Source: an uncultured Peptococcaceae bacterium (GTDB lineage: Bacteria > Bacillota > Dehalobacteriia > UBA4068). Taken from it: 43,013 nt of DNA. The position numbers and the translations under genes are program-made. The notes below the pieces were generated by a model. The model was given only the letters and a program-made list of their open reading frames with translations. It was not told the origin of the DNA and searched no databases. Location: the NCBI GenBank assembly GCA_964425485.1, contig CAYRML010000003.1, positions 1 to 43,013 of the forward strand. Reading direction: 5' to 3'. Positions 8,365 to 17,322 of this stretch are shown one piece after another. The stretch's first letter is position 1. Every line of letters begins with the position of its first letter.

Positions 8365-9394
8365 TAATTTTCCTCTTAACTTGTTCGCTAATTATGACAA
8401 TCACAACAGAAAACAACACGGAGAGCAGGCAGACCGCCATATAATGCAACAGACTATTCTCTATCAGCAGTTCTGCTGTACCGCTCAGCTTGGCGAAGCC
8501 GCGCACGGCGATGATGAATAGCGGATGCAATATATAAATCCACATGGTGACGGAGGCCATCCGTTTGGAGCCTTGGCTTTTGCCATTGAGCAAAAATTGA
8601 AATAAAAAGAACATAACGGGCAAAAGCAAAATATACATGCTGTCATGCCGCTGCCAACCCAAACGATATAAGGCCAGGCCTTCCGCCAGCATTACAGCCA
8701 GACAGATCAGGAACCAGACCAGGCTTTTCGCCGCCGGTAAGCGGTGCCTGGCGCGGGCCATATAGCCGCCCATAGCCAAAAAGATCGGGGCATAGAAAAT
8801 GCCGTTCCTGGTATATGAGGAGATATGGAAACCAGCCTCGTAGGCGGATTGCAGCCCCTCGGCATTTTGCAACAGCCCATAATAGCTGTCACCGAAGAGG
8901 CCGAGCGCATAGAGCGCAGCGCAAATAATCAGCAACGGTACCATCGACAGCCGCCGCGACAAAAGATAGACCAGCAGCGCGCCGATGATGGAAGCCGGGA
9001 AATACCACAGATGATAAAAAGTGCCGTCAAATATGATATTGCGCCAGATTTCCGCCGGCAAGCTAACTCCCTCATAATAGCCGGCATAAATACTGAATGG
9101 CAGATAGATGGCTGTAGCGATGGCATAGATGATGCCGGTTTTCCGTACAAAACGCCACAGGTTGCGGTGGCTCTTTTTTTCTCCGCCAAGATAGCCATGC
9201 AACAGAAAATAGCCCGTGGTCATGAAGAAAAAAGGCACAGCCACCCGACCAATGACTCGTGTGACGGCAAAATCCAGCTCCACACTCAACGAAGAAAGCG
9301 GTGCTGTATGGATAGCAACTATCAACAGCGCCGCCAGCAAACGGAAACGGTCTATACCGCCATAACGCTGCCCTTGCAGCAGGTTGGCTTCCAT
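8324..9394 (-). CDS. vanT: VanT membrane domain (acyltransferase-3-like), encoded as a separate gene
   Basis: GIDRFRLLAALLIVAIHT, RVAVPFFFM, GTFYHLWYFPA, GDSYYG, YTRNG, RHDSMY and IYILHP; about 10 TM segments. Start moved to ATG 9394. Confidence 0.85.
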   Translation of the reverse strand: MEANLLQGQRYGGIDRFRLLAALLIVAIHTAPLSSLSVELDFAVTRVIGRVAVPFFFMTTGYFLLHGYLGGEKKSHRNLWRFVRKTGIIYAIATAIYLPFSIYAGYYEGVSLPAEIWRNIIFDGTFYHLWYFPASIIGALLVYLLSRRLSMVPLLIICAALYALGLFGDSYYGLLQNAEGLQSAYEAGFHISSYTRNGIFYAPIFLAMGGYMARARHRLPAAKSLVWFLICLAVMLAEGLALYRLGWQRHDSMYILLLPVMFFLFQFLLNGKSQGSKRMASVTMWIYILHPLFIIAVRGFAKLSGTAELLIENSLLHYMAVCLLSVLFSVVIVIISEQVKRKINDKDKTRARPQNG

Positions 9395-9423
9395 TTTATC
9401 CCTCCCAGTTTTATCCCTCCCAG
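9394..9423 (+). repeat. Perfect 15-bp tandem duplication at the vanXY/vanT junction
   Basis: ttttatccctcccag at 9394-9408 and 9409-9423. Confidence 0.9.
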
Positions 9424-10163
9424 AGAGTGATGATGAATCCGTCCATATTATTGCCGGACAGCTCATAACAGGATTCTTGGGGCAAAGTCAGAACGGTCTT
9501 TTCCCCCGCCGCCGGCACATAGCTGATCCGGGCCCGGCCTCCCTTATGCTCGAACAGCAAGGGCCGCTGCCTCTGCGGATGGGATTTTAGCAGCTCATGA
9601 TATTCTTCCAGCACCAGGCCTCTTTGCGCCATGATCTGGGCATGGGGCGCGCCTATGTAGCGGAAATGCCAGGGCTCATGACCGATGCTGGTGACGGCCT
9701 TTTTGCCCTCAGGATAGCGCTCGATAAAGCCCCATAGCACAGCCTCTTCGCGAAAAGCCTGACAGATGCCGTTATATGGAAATTCCGGACAAAGGAAATC
9801 AATATCGGGCTGATTGAGGGCTAGGTCGATGGCCAGGCCTGTCTGATGTTCGCTGCAATTGGGCAGCGCCACAAATTTTTCCGTGAACTCCCTGCCGTTT
9901 TGGGCCAGAGAATCCTCAAATATCTGGATCTGTTCCTGCTGGGAGCGCCAGCCGCTGACGGCGATGATTTGCTGCTCGGCGCCCACTTTTGCCAGAACTT
10001 GGCGTAAGACGGCCGCGCTTTTGGCCTCCATCAGCACCTGCGGATTTTTTTCGTCCACACTGACCAACTCAATATCGACTTTTTGCCGATAGGGAAATTG
10101 CGGATTGACCAGGATCAGGTCGCCTTCATATACATCTTCCAGCTTGAGGATGACATCTCTCAT
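9411..10163 (-). CDS. vanXY: D,D-dipeptidase / D,D-carboxypeptidase, VanXY (G-type)
   Basis: LILVN, SGWRS, SEHQTGLAID, HEPWHFRY and SGNNMDGF; no N-terminal TM; lies between the ligase and vanT. Confidence 0.88.
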   Translation of the reverse strand: MRDVILKLEDVYEGDLILVNPQFPYRQKVDIELVSVDEKNPQVLMEAKSAAVLRQVLAKVGAEQQIIAVSGWRSQQEQIQIFEDSLAQNGREFTEKFVALPNCSEHQTGLAIDLALNQPDIDFLCPEFPYNGICQAFREEAVLWGFIERYPEGKKAVTSIGHEPWHFRYIGAPHAQIMAQRGLVLEEYHELLKSHPQRQRPLLFEHKGGRARISYVPAAGEKTVLTLPQESCYELSGNNMDGFIITLWEG

Positions 10164-11209
10164 TTTTTCACCGCCATAGCGATAGCCGTATCGATAATCT
10201 GATCAAAACTGATACCTATGGCCTTAAACATGGTGGCATAACGGCTGTGAGCCGTGAAGCCCGGTATGGTGTTGACCTCGTTGAACACAATTTCGCCATT
10301 GGGTGTGAGGAACATATCCACGCGGGCAAAAATGCTGCAGCCCAGTGCCTTGTAGATAACTTTGGCGGCCTCCTTCAGCTCCGCGGCTTTGGCCGGGTCG
10401 ATGCGCGCCGGCACATGGATGTTGGAGGTGATGAGGTTATATTTTTCCTCGAAATCGAAGAAGCCCTCCGCCAGCTCAATTTCGTCCAGCTCGCCCACCT
10501 GCGGATCATCACAGCCCAGGACCGCGCAGCCGACTTCAAAGCCAGGGATATTCTCCTCGATGATGACCTCGTCATCATATTGGAAGGCCATATCGATGGC
10601 CGGAAGCAGCTCTTCCATATTCATGACCTTGGTCACGCCGTAAGAAGAACCGGCCTTGACCGGTTTGACGAATAGCGGATAACCATAGCTTTCGGCCGCG
10701 GCCACGGAAGTCGCCAGCTCCTGACCCTTTTTCAGTACAAAAGCTTGCGGCACGCGAATACCGGCCAGTTGGACCAGCTTATGCGCCCGATCTTTATCCA
10801 TGCACAAAGCCGAAGACAGCGTATTACAGCCCACAATGGGGATGCCAGCCAGCTCTAAAAGGCCCTGCAAAGTGCCGTCTTCACCATTTTTGCCATGCAA
10901 AATGGGCATGGCCGCATCCAGACGCTCCGTGCGCGGGCCATTAGGAGTGAATACGATCAGCCCCTGCAGGCGCCGGCTGGGTGAAATCACGGCTGGCAGG
11001 CAATCGAATTGATTATACCAGTTATCATTCACGATACTATCCAAATCGCCTGTATATTCATACCAATCCCCATATTTGGTGATGCCGATTAAAACCGGAT
11101 CATATTTGGCGGGATCCATATGGCTGATGACAGCATGAGCCGATTGCAGAGAAACCCCATATTCACTGGAACAACCGCCAAAAAAAACGGCAATTTTGAG
11201 CTTGCTCAA
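10160..11209 (-). CDS. vanG: D-Ala-D-Ser ligase, VanG-like
   Basis: GGCSSEY, LHGKNGEDG, CMDKDRAH, KPVKAGSS, FFDFEEKY and PGFTAHSRY (D-Ser ligase-type Arg); cluster context; TTG start with AGGAGGT. Confidence 0.88.
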   Translation of the reverse strand: MSKLKIAVFFGGCSSEYGVSLQSAHAVISHMDPAKYDPVLIGITKYGDWYEYTGDLDSIVNDNWYNQFDCLPAVISPSRRLQGLIVFTPNGPRTERLDAAMPILHGKNGEDGTLQGLLELAGIPIVGCNTLSSALCMDKDRAHKLVQLAGIRVPQAFVLKKGQELATSVAAAESYGYPLFVKPVKAGSSYGVTKVMNMEELLPAIDMAFQYDDEVIIEENIPGFEVGCAVLGCDDPQVGELDEIELAEGFFDFEEKYNLITSNIHVPARIDPAKAAELKEAAKVIYKALGCSIFARVDMFLTPNGEIVFNEVNTIPGFTAHSRYATMFKAIGISFDQIIDTAIAMAVKK

Positions 11210-11258
11210 ACGCTTCGACCTCCTTCTATTCTCCTATTCTTCTATCTCTCTATTCTTA

Positions 11259-12074
11259 CTAGCTGATGGGCGTACCTTCCGGCAGCTCGTATCCTATTTG
11301 GCATAAATTCTTATATAAAAGTTCCTCCGACAGCATTTTTCTGTCGGCTGTGGCCAACTGCTGCCGGTAGATGCTGTTTTCCTCGAAGATATTACCCTCC
11401 CTGCGAAAATAGCGCAGATCGCGGCCGACTATCTCATAGACATAGGGCAGATTTTCATCCGTCAGCAGGCTACCGATGATATACTGCTGGTCAAAATCAA
11501 GATGGATCTGAAAAGTCAGATCCGTATCATTTCTCACCTTCAGATCCAGCCAGCCCTCGGTGACGGTGGCATCCACGCCCTCCGGCTCCTCGCTGGGCGG
11601 CGGCGGAAAATCCTTAAGCGCATGAGTGTGCCGCTCCACCACCGATAAGGGCGAATGCAGGAAGACCCAAAACAGCAAATTGCTCATCTGGCACATGCCG
11701 CCGCCGGCCACGGTGACCAGCTGCCCGTCTTTGACGATAAGGCCTTCGCGATAGGGCTCGGTTTTATCGGCATGGCGCACAAAACGCCAAAAGGAAAAAG
11801 TCTCTCCCGGCCGGATCAAAACCTTATCCAGCGTGGCCGCGGCCAGCTTGAGGTTAAAGACCTTGTTTTCCTGATAAACCATATCAAAGCCTGTCTCATA
11901 ATTATATAGCAAACTTTTTGCCTCAAACAGCTTATAAGGTAAAAGCTCTTGGCCCTGGGTGCTGCTGTAGCGGTTGCCATCTTTGTCCATCTCGGCATAA
12001 AACCATATCAGCCGCTGTTTTTTCCGCAAAGGCAAAAGCCAAGGAAAAATTTGAGTTAATCTCTTTCTGGCCAT
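11259..12074 (-). CDS. vanW: Glycopeptide resistance accessory protein VanW
   Basis: RKRLTQIFPWLLPLR, NKVFNLKLAA, PGETFSFW, GGGMCQMSN, ERHTH and DATV...WLDL. Confidence 0.9.
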   Translation of the reverse strand: MARKRLTQIFPWLLPLRKKQRLIWFYAEMDKDGNRYSSTQGQELLPYKLFEAKSLLYNYETGFDMVYQENKVFNLKLAAATLDKVLIRPGETFSFWRFVRHADKTEPYREGLIVKDGQLVTVAGGGMCQMSNLLFWVFLHSPLSVVERHTHALKDFPPPPSEEPEGVDATVTEGWLDLKVRNDTDLTFQIHLDFDQQYIIGSLLTDENLPYVYEIVGRDLRYFRREGNIFEENSIYRQQLATADRKMLSEELLYKNLCQIGYELPEGTPIS

Positions 12075-12308
12075 GCTTCACTGTCCTTTGTTATAATTAT
12101 CCAAATTTTTTGTCTGATATTGTCTAAATAGCCACCTTGACTATTGTAAACAGTATATACTTTTGTCCACATAATTGCAAGTATCAGCCTGGGAAAATCG
12201 GGCCCCTTTTGCGCTGTGGCCACCGCCATAAAATACAATCCTTGGCTAACTTAATATCTTATTATAACCATATGATTTGCTCCAAGTAAAATTAAGGGAG
12301 GAGAAACC

Positions 12309-12737
12309 ATGAACCAACAAGAAGCTATGGATTTATTCCAACAAGGGTTTGATTGTTCCCAAGCCGTACTTATGGAATTTGCCGATGAATTGAATTTGGA
12401 TGACGAAACGGCAAAAAAAATCTCCGCCTGTTTTGGCGGCGGTATTTGGAACGGCCATGTCTGCGGCGCCGTGGCCGGCGCTATGATGGTAATCGGTATG
12501 AAATACGGCCATTCTCAAGCCGGTGATAAGGAAACTAAAGACCTGATGGTGCAAAAGATCAACGAGTTTATCACCGCCTTCGAGCAAAAGCATGGCTCCG
12601 TTGTCTGCAAAGATCTTTTGGGATATAAAATACCGGAAGATCTGGACACGATTATGGAAAAACAGCTTTTCTTCACGGAAGGCATGTGCCCGGCTTTCGT
12701 TTGTGATGCTATCGATATTTTACATGATATCCTGTAA
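12309..12737 (+). CDS. C-GCAxxG-C-C family putative redox-active protein
   Basis: FxQGFDCSQAV, FGGG, VCGAVAG, GSVVCKDLLG and a C-terminal Cys. Confidence 0.88.
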   Translation: MNQQEAMDLFQQGFDCSQAVLMEFADELNLDDETAKKISACFGGGIWNGHVCGAVAGAMMVIGMKYGHSQAGDKETKDLMVQKINEFITAFEQKHGSVVCKDLLGYKIPEDLDTIMEKQLFFTEGMCPAFVCDAIDILHDIL

Positions 12738-12773
12738 ACTATGGCAAAAAGCCATCCTTAGGTGTGGTGTAAT

Positions 12774-12811
12774 AAAGAAGGTCTGAAGAAAAAACCCTCA
12801 GACCTTCTTTT
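12774..12811. terminator. Intrinsic terminator
   Basis: aaagaaggtctga...tcagaccttctttt. Confidence 0.8.
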
Positions 12812-12968
12812 ATATTGGGCGCTCTTTAGGATATGCTTACATGATATTGGTACTGTTTAAAAGATAATCTGTACTGGTATTGTAAAAATCCGCCATTTTC
12901 GCTTGTGCTAAGTTTTATCTTGGCTTAAATTGCGAATATTTGGCTGAATTTTCTTTGAGGTGATTGCT

Positions 12969-13173
12969 ATAGAATTATAGCAGAAATTCTGTCCAGGTTT
13001 CGGGAAAAAAAGAAATTACTATTATGTTTTCCGATTTGATAATAAAGGTAGCAGAAATTAAAGCGGAAAGTTATAAAGCCTTGCAAAAAATTAAGGCAAT
13101 CATAGAAAATAATTGTATATTTGCTTGAAGATTGGGAAGCGACGGCGGCAATAGACATGACTTTGCCCAATAA
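12969..13173 (+). pseudogene. Decayed small clostridial hypothetical gene (fragments AEILSRF / MFSDL..ESYKALQKIKAIIE / IVYLLED / LGSDGGNRHDFAQ)
   Basis: GAGGTG RBS with ATA at the start position, frameshifts and internal stops. The fragments resemble a recalled small clostridial family (YKALQKIKAIIE...GGxRHDF); unverified. Confidence 0.5.
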
Positions 13174-13188
13174 ATGATACCACCCGGC

Positions 13189-13245
13189 CAAATAAAAAGG
13201 CAACCGAAAACAGAAATTATTCTCTTTCCGGTTGCCTTTTTATTT
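13189..13245. terminator. Bidirectional intrinsic terminator ending the mre/rodA/methyltransferase run
   Basis: aaataaaaaggcaaccg...cggttgcctttttattt inverted repeat. Confidence 0.85.
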
Positions 13246-13273
13246 TCTCTTAATTCTATCTTTTCACTTCAAT

Positions 13274-14146
13274 CTATCTTGTTAATTCAGCCAATGTGGC
13301 AATATGCTGGGGAGTTGTGCCGCAGCAGCCGCCTATCAGCTGGGCGCCGGCCGCCAGACAGGACTTGATGCCGGCGGCAAAATCGGCCGGCGTCATATTA
13401 TAGACGGCACTGCCGTCATCAAATACCGGTTTGCCGGCATTGGGCTGCACGATCAGCGGCAAGCCGGCCGGCTTCATAAACTCCACTATCTGCGCCATCT
13501 CCTCCGGTGATAAATCGCCGCAATTAGTGCCGACCACGTCGGCGCCAGCCGCGGCCGCTTTTTGCGCGCAATCGGCGGCGCTGTTGCCCATGACGGTGCG
13601 CCCGCCCTTTTTCACAGTGCTGAAAGTCAGCGACACGATAACCGGTAGCCCACACAAGTCTTTGCAAGCCTTGAGCGCCAAAAGCGCCTCGTTGAGATCG
13701 AAGACGGTTTCGATAATAAAGCCATCCACACCGGCCTCGTATAAACTGCGCGCCTGGCGCAAATAGGCCCGCTGAAAATCATCGGCCTGGCCCGTACCCA
13801 AAGGCGCCAGCATTTCGCCCGTGGGGCCGATATCGCCGAAGACATAGACACCTGTGCCGGCCGCCGCCTTTTTGGCAATCTCGGCGCCGGCTTGATTGGC
13901 CGCATCGATATCGATTTTAGCCGCGCCTTTTTTATTCATATAGATCTCGTTCAAGGTCAGGGTGTTAGTGATTATACAATCGGCGCCGGCCGCTATATAT
14001 TCCTCATGGACTTCCCGCACCTTGTCCGGATGCTGCAGATTGTTGACGGCGCCGGTCAAAGACAGGCCTTTGGCGGCCAGCAAACTGCCCATGCCGCCAT
14101 CAAAAATCATGATTTTGCCGCTTTTTAGATCCTCGGTAAATGTCAT
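13274..14146 (-). CDS. Homocysteine S-methyltransferase family protein (stand-alone MetH N-terminal-like domain)
   Basis: FDGGMG, GDIGPTG, IIETV, GTNC, QPNAG and IGGCCGTTP zinc ligands. Confidence 0.9.
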   Translation of the reverse strand: MTFTEDLKSGKIMIFDGGMGSLLAAKGLSLTGAVNNLQHPDKVREVHEEYIAAGADCIITNTLTLNEIYMNKKGAAKIDIDAANQAGAEIAKKAAAGTGVYVFGDIGPTGEMLAPLGTGQADDFQRAYLRQARSLYEAGVDGFIIETVFDLNEALLALKACKDLCGLPVIVSLTFSTVKKGGRTVMGNSAADCAQKAAAAGADVVGTNCGDLSPEEMAQIVEFMKPAGLPLIVQPNAGKPVFDDGSAVYNMTPADFAAGIKSCLAAGAQLIGGCCGTTPQHIATLAELTR

Positions 14147-14162
14147 ATCACACCTCTTTTTT

Positions 14163-15326
14163 CTAAAACAATTTTTCTTTGCTCCTCATATTAACACTCA
14201 AAATCAAGCCCAAGGCCGCCATATTGATGATCATGCCGCTGCCGCCATAGCTCAAAAGAGGCAAAGGCAGCCCTGTAACAGGCATGATGCCGATGGTCAT
14301 ACCCACATTGACGAAGACCTGGAAGGCAAACATGGCCACCACCCCTGTCACCATAACCGTACCTAAAAGGTTTTTGGCCCGCTGGGCGATGCCGATTGCA
14401 CGCATGAGCAGGCCCAGATATAGCAGCAGCACACCCAAGGCCCCTAAAAAGCCGAATTCTTCTCCTACCACGGAGAAAATAAAATCCGTATGATGCTCCG
14501 GCAGAAAATTACCCTGCACCTGCGTGCCATTGCCGAAGCCTTTGCCCAATAGGCCGCCGGAGCCGATGGCCACCTCCGACTGGATCATATGATAGCCACT
14601 ATCCAGCGGATCCATATAAGGGTTGATAAAAATTATCAACCTGGTCAGCTGATAGGCCTTCAGCGGCAAAAATGACGGCGCTTCCTCCAATTTGCTCTGA
14701 TAGCCATCCGTATAAAAATAGAGAATGCCAAAGATCATGATTATGAGAATAGCGATGATCAGGACGATCGCGATTATGACCTTTTTGGGCACACCGCCCA
14801 CCACGGCCATGGCCAAAGCTATGGCTATGAAAACCAGGGAGGTACCCAGATCCGGCTCGATCAGGATGAGAAAAACCGGCAACAACACCAAAACAGAGCA
14901 AACGATAAGATTCCGAGGCCGGTTTAGCTTGCCTTTTTTCTTGGCCAAAAAACAGCCGAAAACCACGATCAAAGCCAGCTTGGCCAGCTCCGAAGGCTGA
15001 AGATCCATGAATCCCAAATCGAACCAACGATGTGCATTCTTTTGCTCCGGAGCAAACAAGACTGCCACCAATAAAAGGATGACAAAGATATAGATAAGAG
15101 CATCAATCTTCTTGAATTTTTCATAATTGAATAAGGCCACCAAGAAAAAAATGACAGAGCCCACACCTATCCACAACAGTTGTTTCTTGACATAAAAAAG
15201 AGGATTCCCATCCACAATATTGGCTGAAGCGCTGCTGAGGATGATAAGATTTATGGCTAAGGTGGAAAAAATCAAAGCCACAAATAACCAATCTACATTT
15301 TTAAAAAGTTTGACATTATCGAACAT
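14163..15326 (-). CDS. rodA: Rod shape-determining SEDS glycosyltransferase RodA
   Basis: RWF, QPSELAK, EPDLGT, IGSGG, HTDFIF, GEEFG and LPLLSYGGS; follows mrdA. Confidence 0.93.
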   Translation of the reverse strand: MFDNVKLFKNVDWLFVALIFSTLAINLIILSSASANIVDGNPLFYVKKQLLWIGVGSVIFFLVALFNYEKFKKIDALIYIFVILLLVAVLFAPEQKNAHRWFDLGFMDLQPSELAKLALIVVFGCFLAKKKGKLNRPRNLIVCSVLVLLPVFLILIEPDLGTSLVFIAIALAMAVVGGVPKKVIIAIVLIIAILIIMIFGILYFYTDGYQSKLEEAPSFLPLKAYQLTRLIIFINPYMDPLDSGYHMIQSEVAIGSGGLLGKGFGNGTQVQGNFLPEHHTDFIFSVVGEEFGFLGALGVLLLYLGLLMRAIGIAQRAKNLLGTVMVTGVVAMFAFQVFVNVGMTIGIMPVTGLPLPLLSYGGSGMIINMAALGLILSVNMRSKEKLF

Positions 15327-15394
15327 AGTTATCCTTATCGAAATAGTTATCCTTATCGACTATAGTTATTCTTATTGATAATAATTATCTTTTA
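15325..15394 (+). repeat. Decaying tandem repeat of a ~18-bp unit containing the rodA RBS
   Basis: atagttatccttatcga at 15325-15341 and 15343-15359, atagttattcttattga at 15362-15378, and a degenerate copy at 15381-15394. Confidence 0.85.
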
Positions 15395-15412
15395 TTATTG
15401 CTGCCGCCGCAA

Positions 15413-17299
15413 TTATTCCGGGGCTTCCGGCAAGTCGTCGGGTTCCGGCTGAGCATTTAAACCGAAATATTCTTTATAGACCTCCTTACAGACCACGCCG
15501 CCGGAGGAACCGCCATGATAACCGTATTCTATGAGGCAGGCAAAAGCCACCTTCGGATCATCATAGGGCGCAAATGATACGAAAACGCCATGGAAATCTT
15601 TGGTCTTGTCATCACCGGCCAAACCGGTCTGCGCCGTACCGGTCTTGGCGGCAACTTTGATGGGAAAATCTGCAAAGAGGCTGTAAGACGTACCGCCGGA
15701 CTGCGTTACGGCCAACATGCCGTCACGCAATATCTGCAATTTGCTATCCTCTATATCAAGTGTGTTCAAAACCGTAGGCTCTACCTGATATAATTGATCG
15801 CCTTCACTATTTAAAATTTTATCGACCAAATGCAGCTGCATGCGGTTACCGCCATTGGCGATGGTGGCTATGGCATTGGCCAGCTGGATCACGGTATCAC
15901 TGTTATAGCCCTGGCCCATGGACATGTAATATGTATCATAAGTTTTCCATTTGCCCTCGCTGCCGCTGAAATTCTCAGATTTCCAGTTGGGGTTGGGCAA
16001 GTTGCCGGCGACCTCCCCCGTCAGCTCCACGCCCGTTTTCTGGCCGAAGCCCAATTTTTCCGCCGTGGCCACCAATTGTTCGATGCCTATTCGTTTACCT
16101 ATTACCTGAAAATAGGTATTGCAGGAAACGGCCAACGCCTCCTCCAAATCCACAGCACCATGTTCTTTGGTGCATTTGGCCATGGGATAGACCCAATTGG
16201 AGGCATAGCAATTTACCGTATCATTGGGATTAACGGTGCCGGAATCCAAAACGGCCGCGGCCGTCACCGTCTTGAAAGTGGAGCCGGGCGGATAGGAACC
16301 GGATATGACCCGGTTGAAAGTAGGGCGCAAATCCTCATCATAATAATATTTGGCCTGATCCGTTGTCAAGCCATCAGCAAAATCATTAGGATCCATCGGG
16401 GGATAGCTGGCCATGGCTAAAATGCCGCCAGTTTTTACATCTATGAGCACGGCAGATGCCGCCTGGCATTTGGGATAAGTCTTATGCAGGTCCTTGACAG
16501 TATCTTCTAAGGCCTTTTCCATAGCCTGCTGAAGCTCAAGATCCAAGGTCAAGACCAGCGTATTGCCCTTCTCCGGCTCTTGCGTGGACAGGGTTCTGAC
16601 TATGCGATGCTTGGCATTGACCTCCACCTGCTGCATGCCGTCCTGGCCGCGCAAGCCGATTTCCCGGCTGCCGACCTCGAAGCGTTCCATGGTTTTTTCC
16701 AAACCGGACTTACCGATCCAATCAGTATTGCCATAGCCATATTCGCTGAGCCCGTCCAGCTCCTCAGAGCTGATCATGCCCACTGTGCCCAGCACATGGC
16801 CGGCCATATAGCCCTGCGGATAATAGCGCAGAGGCTCTTCCTGGATGACCACACCGGGCAAAAGATCGCGCATCTCTTCCAATTTGCTGATCATGGCCAG
16901 GCCTTCCTCATATTCATAGCGCTTGATCACAATCGGCTCATAGCGACTGTAATTTTCCGCCAAAGTCTGCTCTATGCTTTCCGCCGTGATCTCCGCATCG
17001 GCCAGCGCCGCCGCCAGGTCAGCGGATAATTTTTCTCTGTCCTCCACCTCGGAAGAAGCCACCGCCACGGCAAAGACCGGCTTGGTCACAGCCAATTCCG
17101 CCAGATCGCGGTCCAAAATATCACCGCGGCTGGCCGGAATGGAGATGATGCGGATAGTGTTGCGGTCGGAAAGCGTGGTGTATTCATCGGCACTGACTAT
17201 CTGCATAGCAAATAAGCGGCAAATCATGATGACAAACAGCGCTAGGATGATGAAAGTAACCACATATAAACCTTTTTTTCCGCTTAATCTAATTTTCAT
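15413..17299 (-). CDS. mrdA: Penicillin-binding protein 2 (class B transpeptidase)
   Basis: N-terminal TM, RGDILDR, PGSTFK (SxxK), SCN (SxN) and KTGTAQ. Confidence 0.95.
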   Translation of the reverse strand: MKIRLSGKKGLYVVTFIILALFVIMICRLFAMQIVSADEYTTLSDRNTIRIISIPASRGDILDRDLAELAVTKPVFAVAVASSEVEDREKLSADLAAALADAEITAESIEQTLAENYSRYEPIVIKRYEYEEGLAMISKLEEMRDLLPGVVIQEEPLRYYPQGYMAGHVLGTVGMISSEELDGLSEYGYGNTDWIGKSGLEKTMERFEVGSREIGLRGQDGMQQVEVNAKHRIVRTLSTQEPEKGNTLVLTLDLELQQAMEKALEDTVKDLHKTYPKCQAASAVLIDVKTGGILAMASYPPMDPNDFADGLTTDQAKYYYDEDLRPTFNRVISGSYPPGSTFKTVTAAAVLDSGTVNPNDTVNCYASNWVYPMAKCTKEHGAVDLEEALAVSCNTYFQVIGKRIGIEQLVATAEKLGFGQKTGVELTGEVAGNLPNPNWKSENFSGSEGKWKTYDTYYMSMGQGYNSDTVIQLANAIATIANGGNRMQLHLVDKILNSEGDQLYQVEPTVLNTLDIEDSKLQILRDGMLAVTQSGGTSYSLFADFPIKVAAKTGTAQTGLAGDDKTKDFHGVFVSFAPYDDPKVAFACLIEYGYHGGSSGGVVCKEVYKEYFGLNAQPEPDDLPEAPE

Positions 17300-17322
17300 T
17301 CTAACCTCTTAGAGCCGCCGGC

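Noticed and set aside
13126-13128. Selenocysteine read-through at the in-frame TGA of the spacer ORF
   Set aside because: The surrounding gene has a lost start and frameshifts, and the better-matching peptide at this point is in another frame.
13100-13245. Stand-alone sRNA (attggg...cccaat hairpin plus terminator)
   Set aside because: The segment reads as the 3' end of a decayed gene, and the terminator is explained by the convergent operon; no clear promoter.
15316-15394. Mini CRISPR array
   Set aside because: Units of ~18 bp are adjacent, with no unique spacers and no cas genes.
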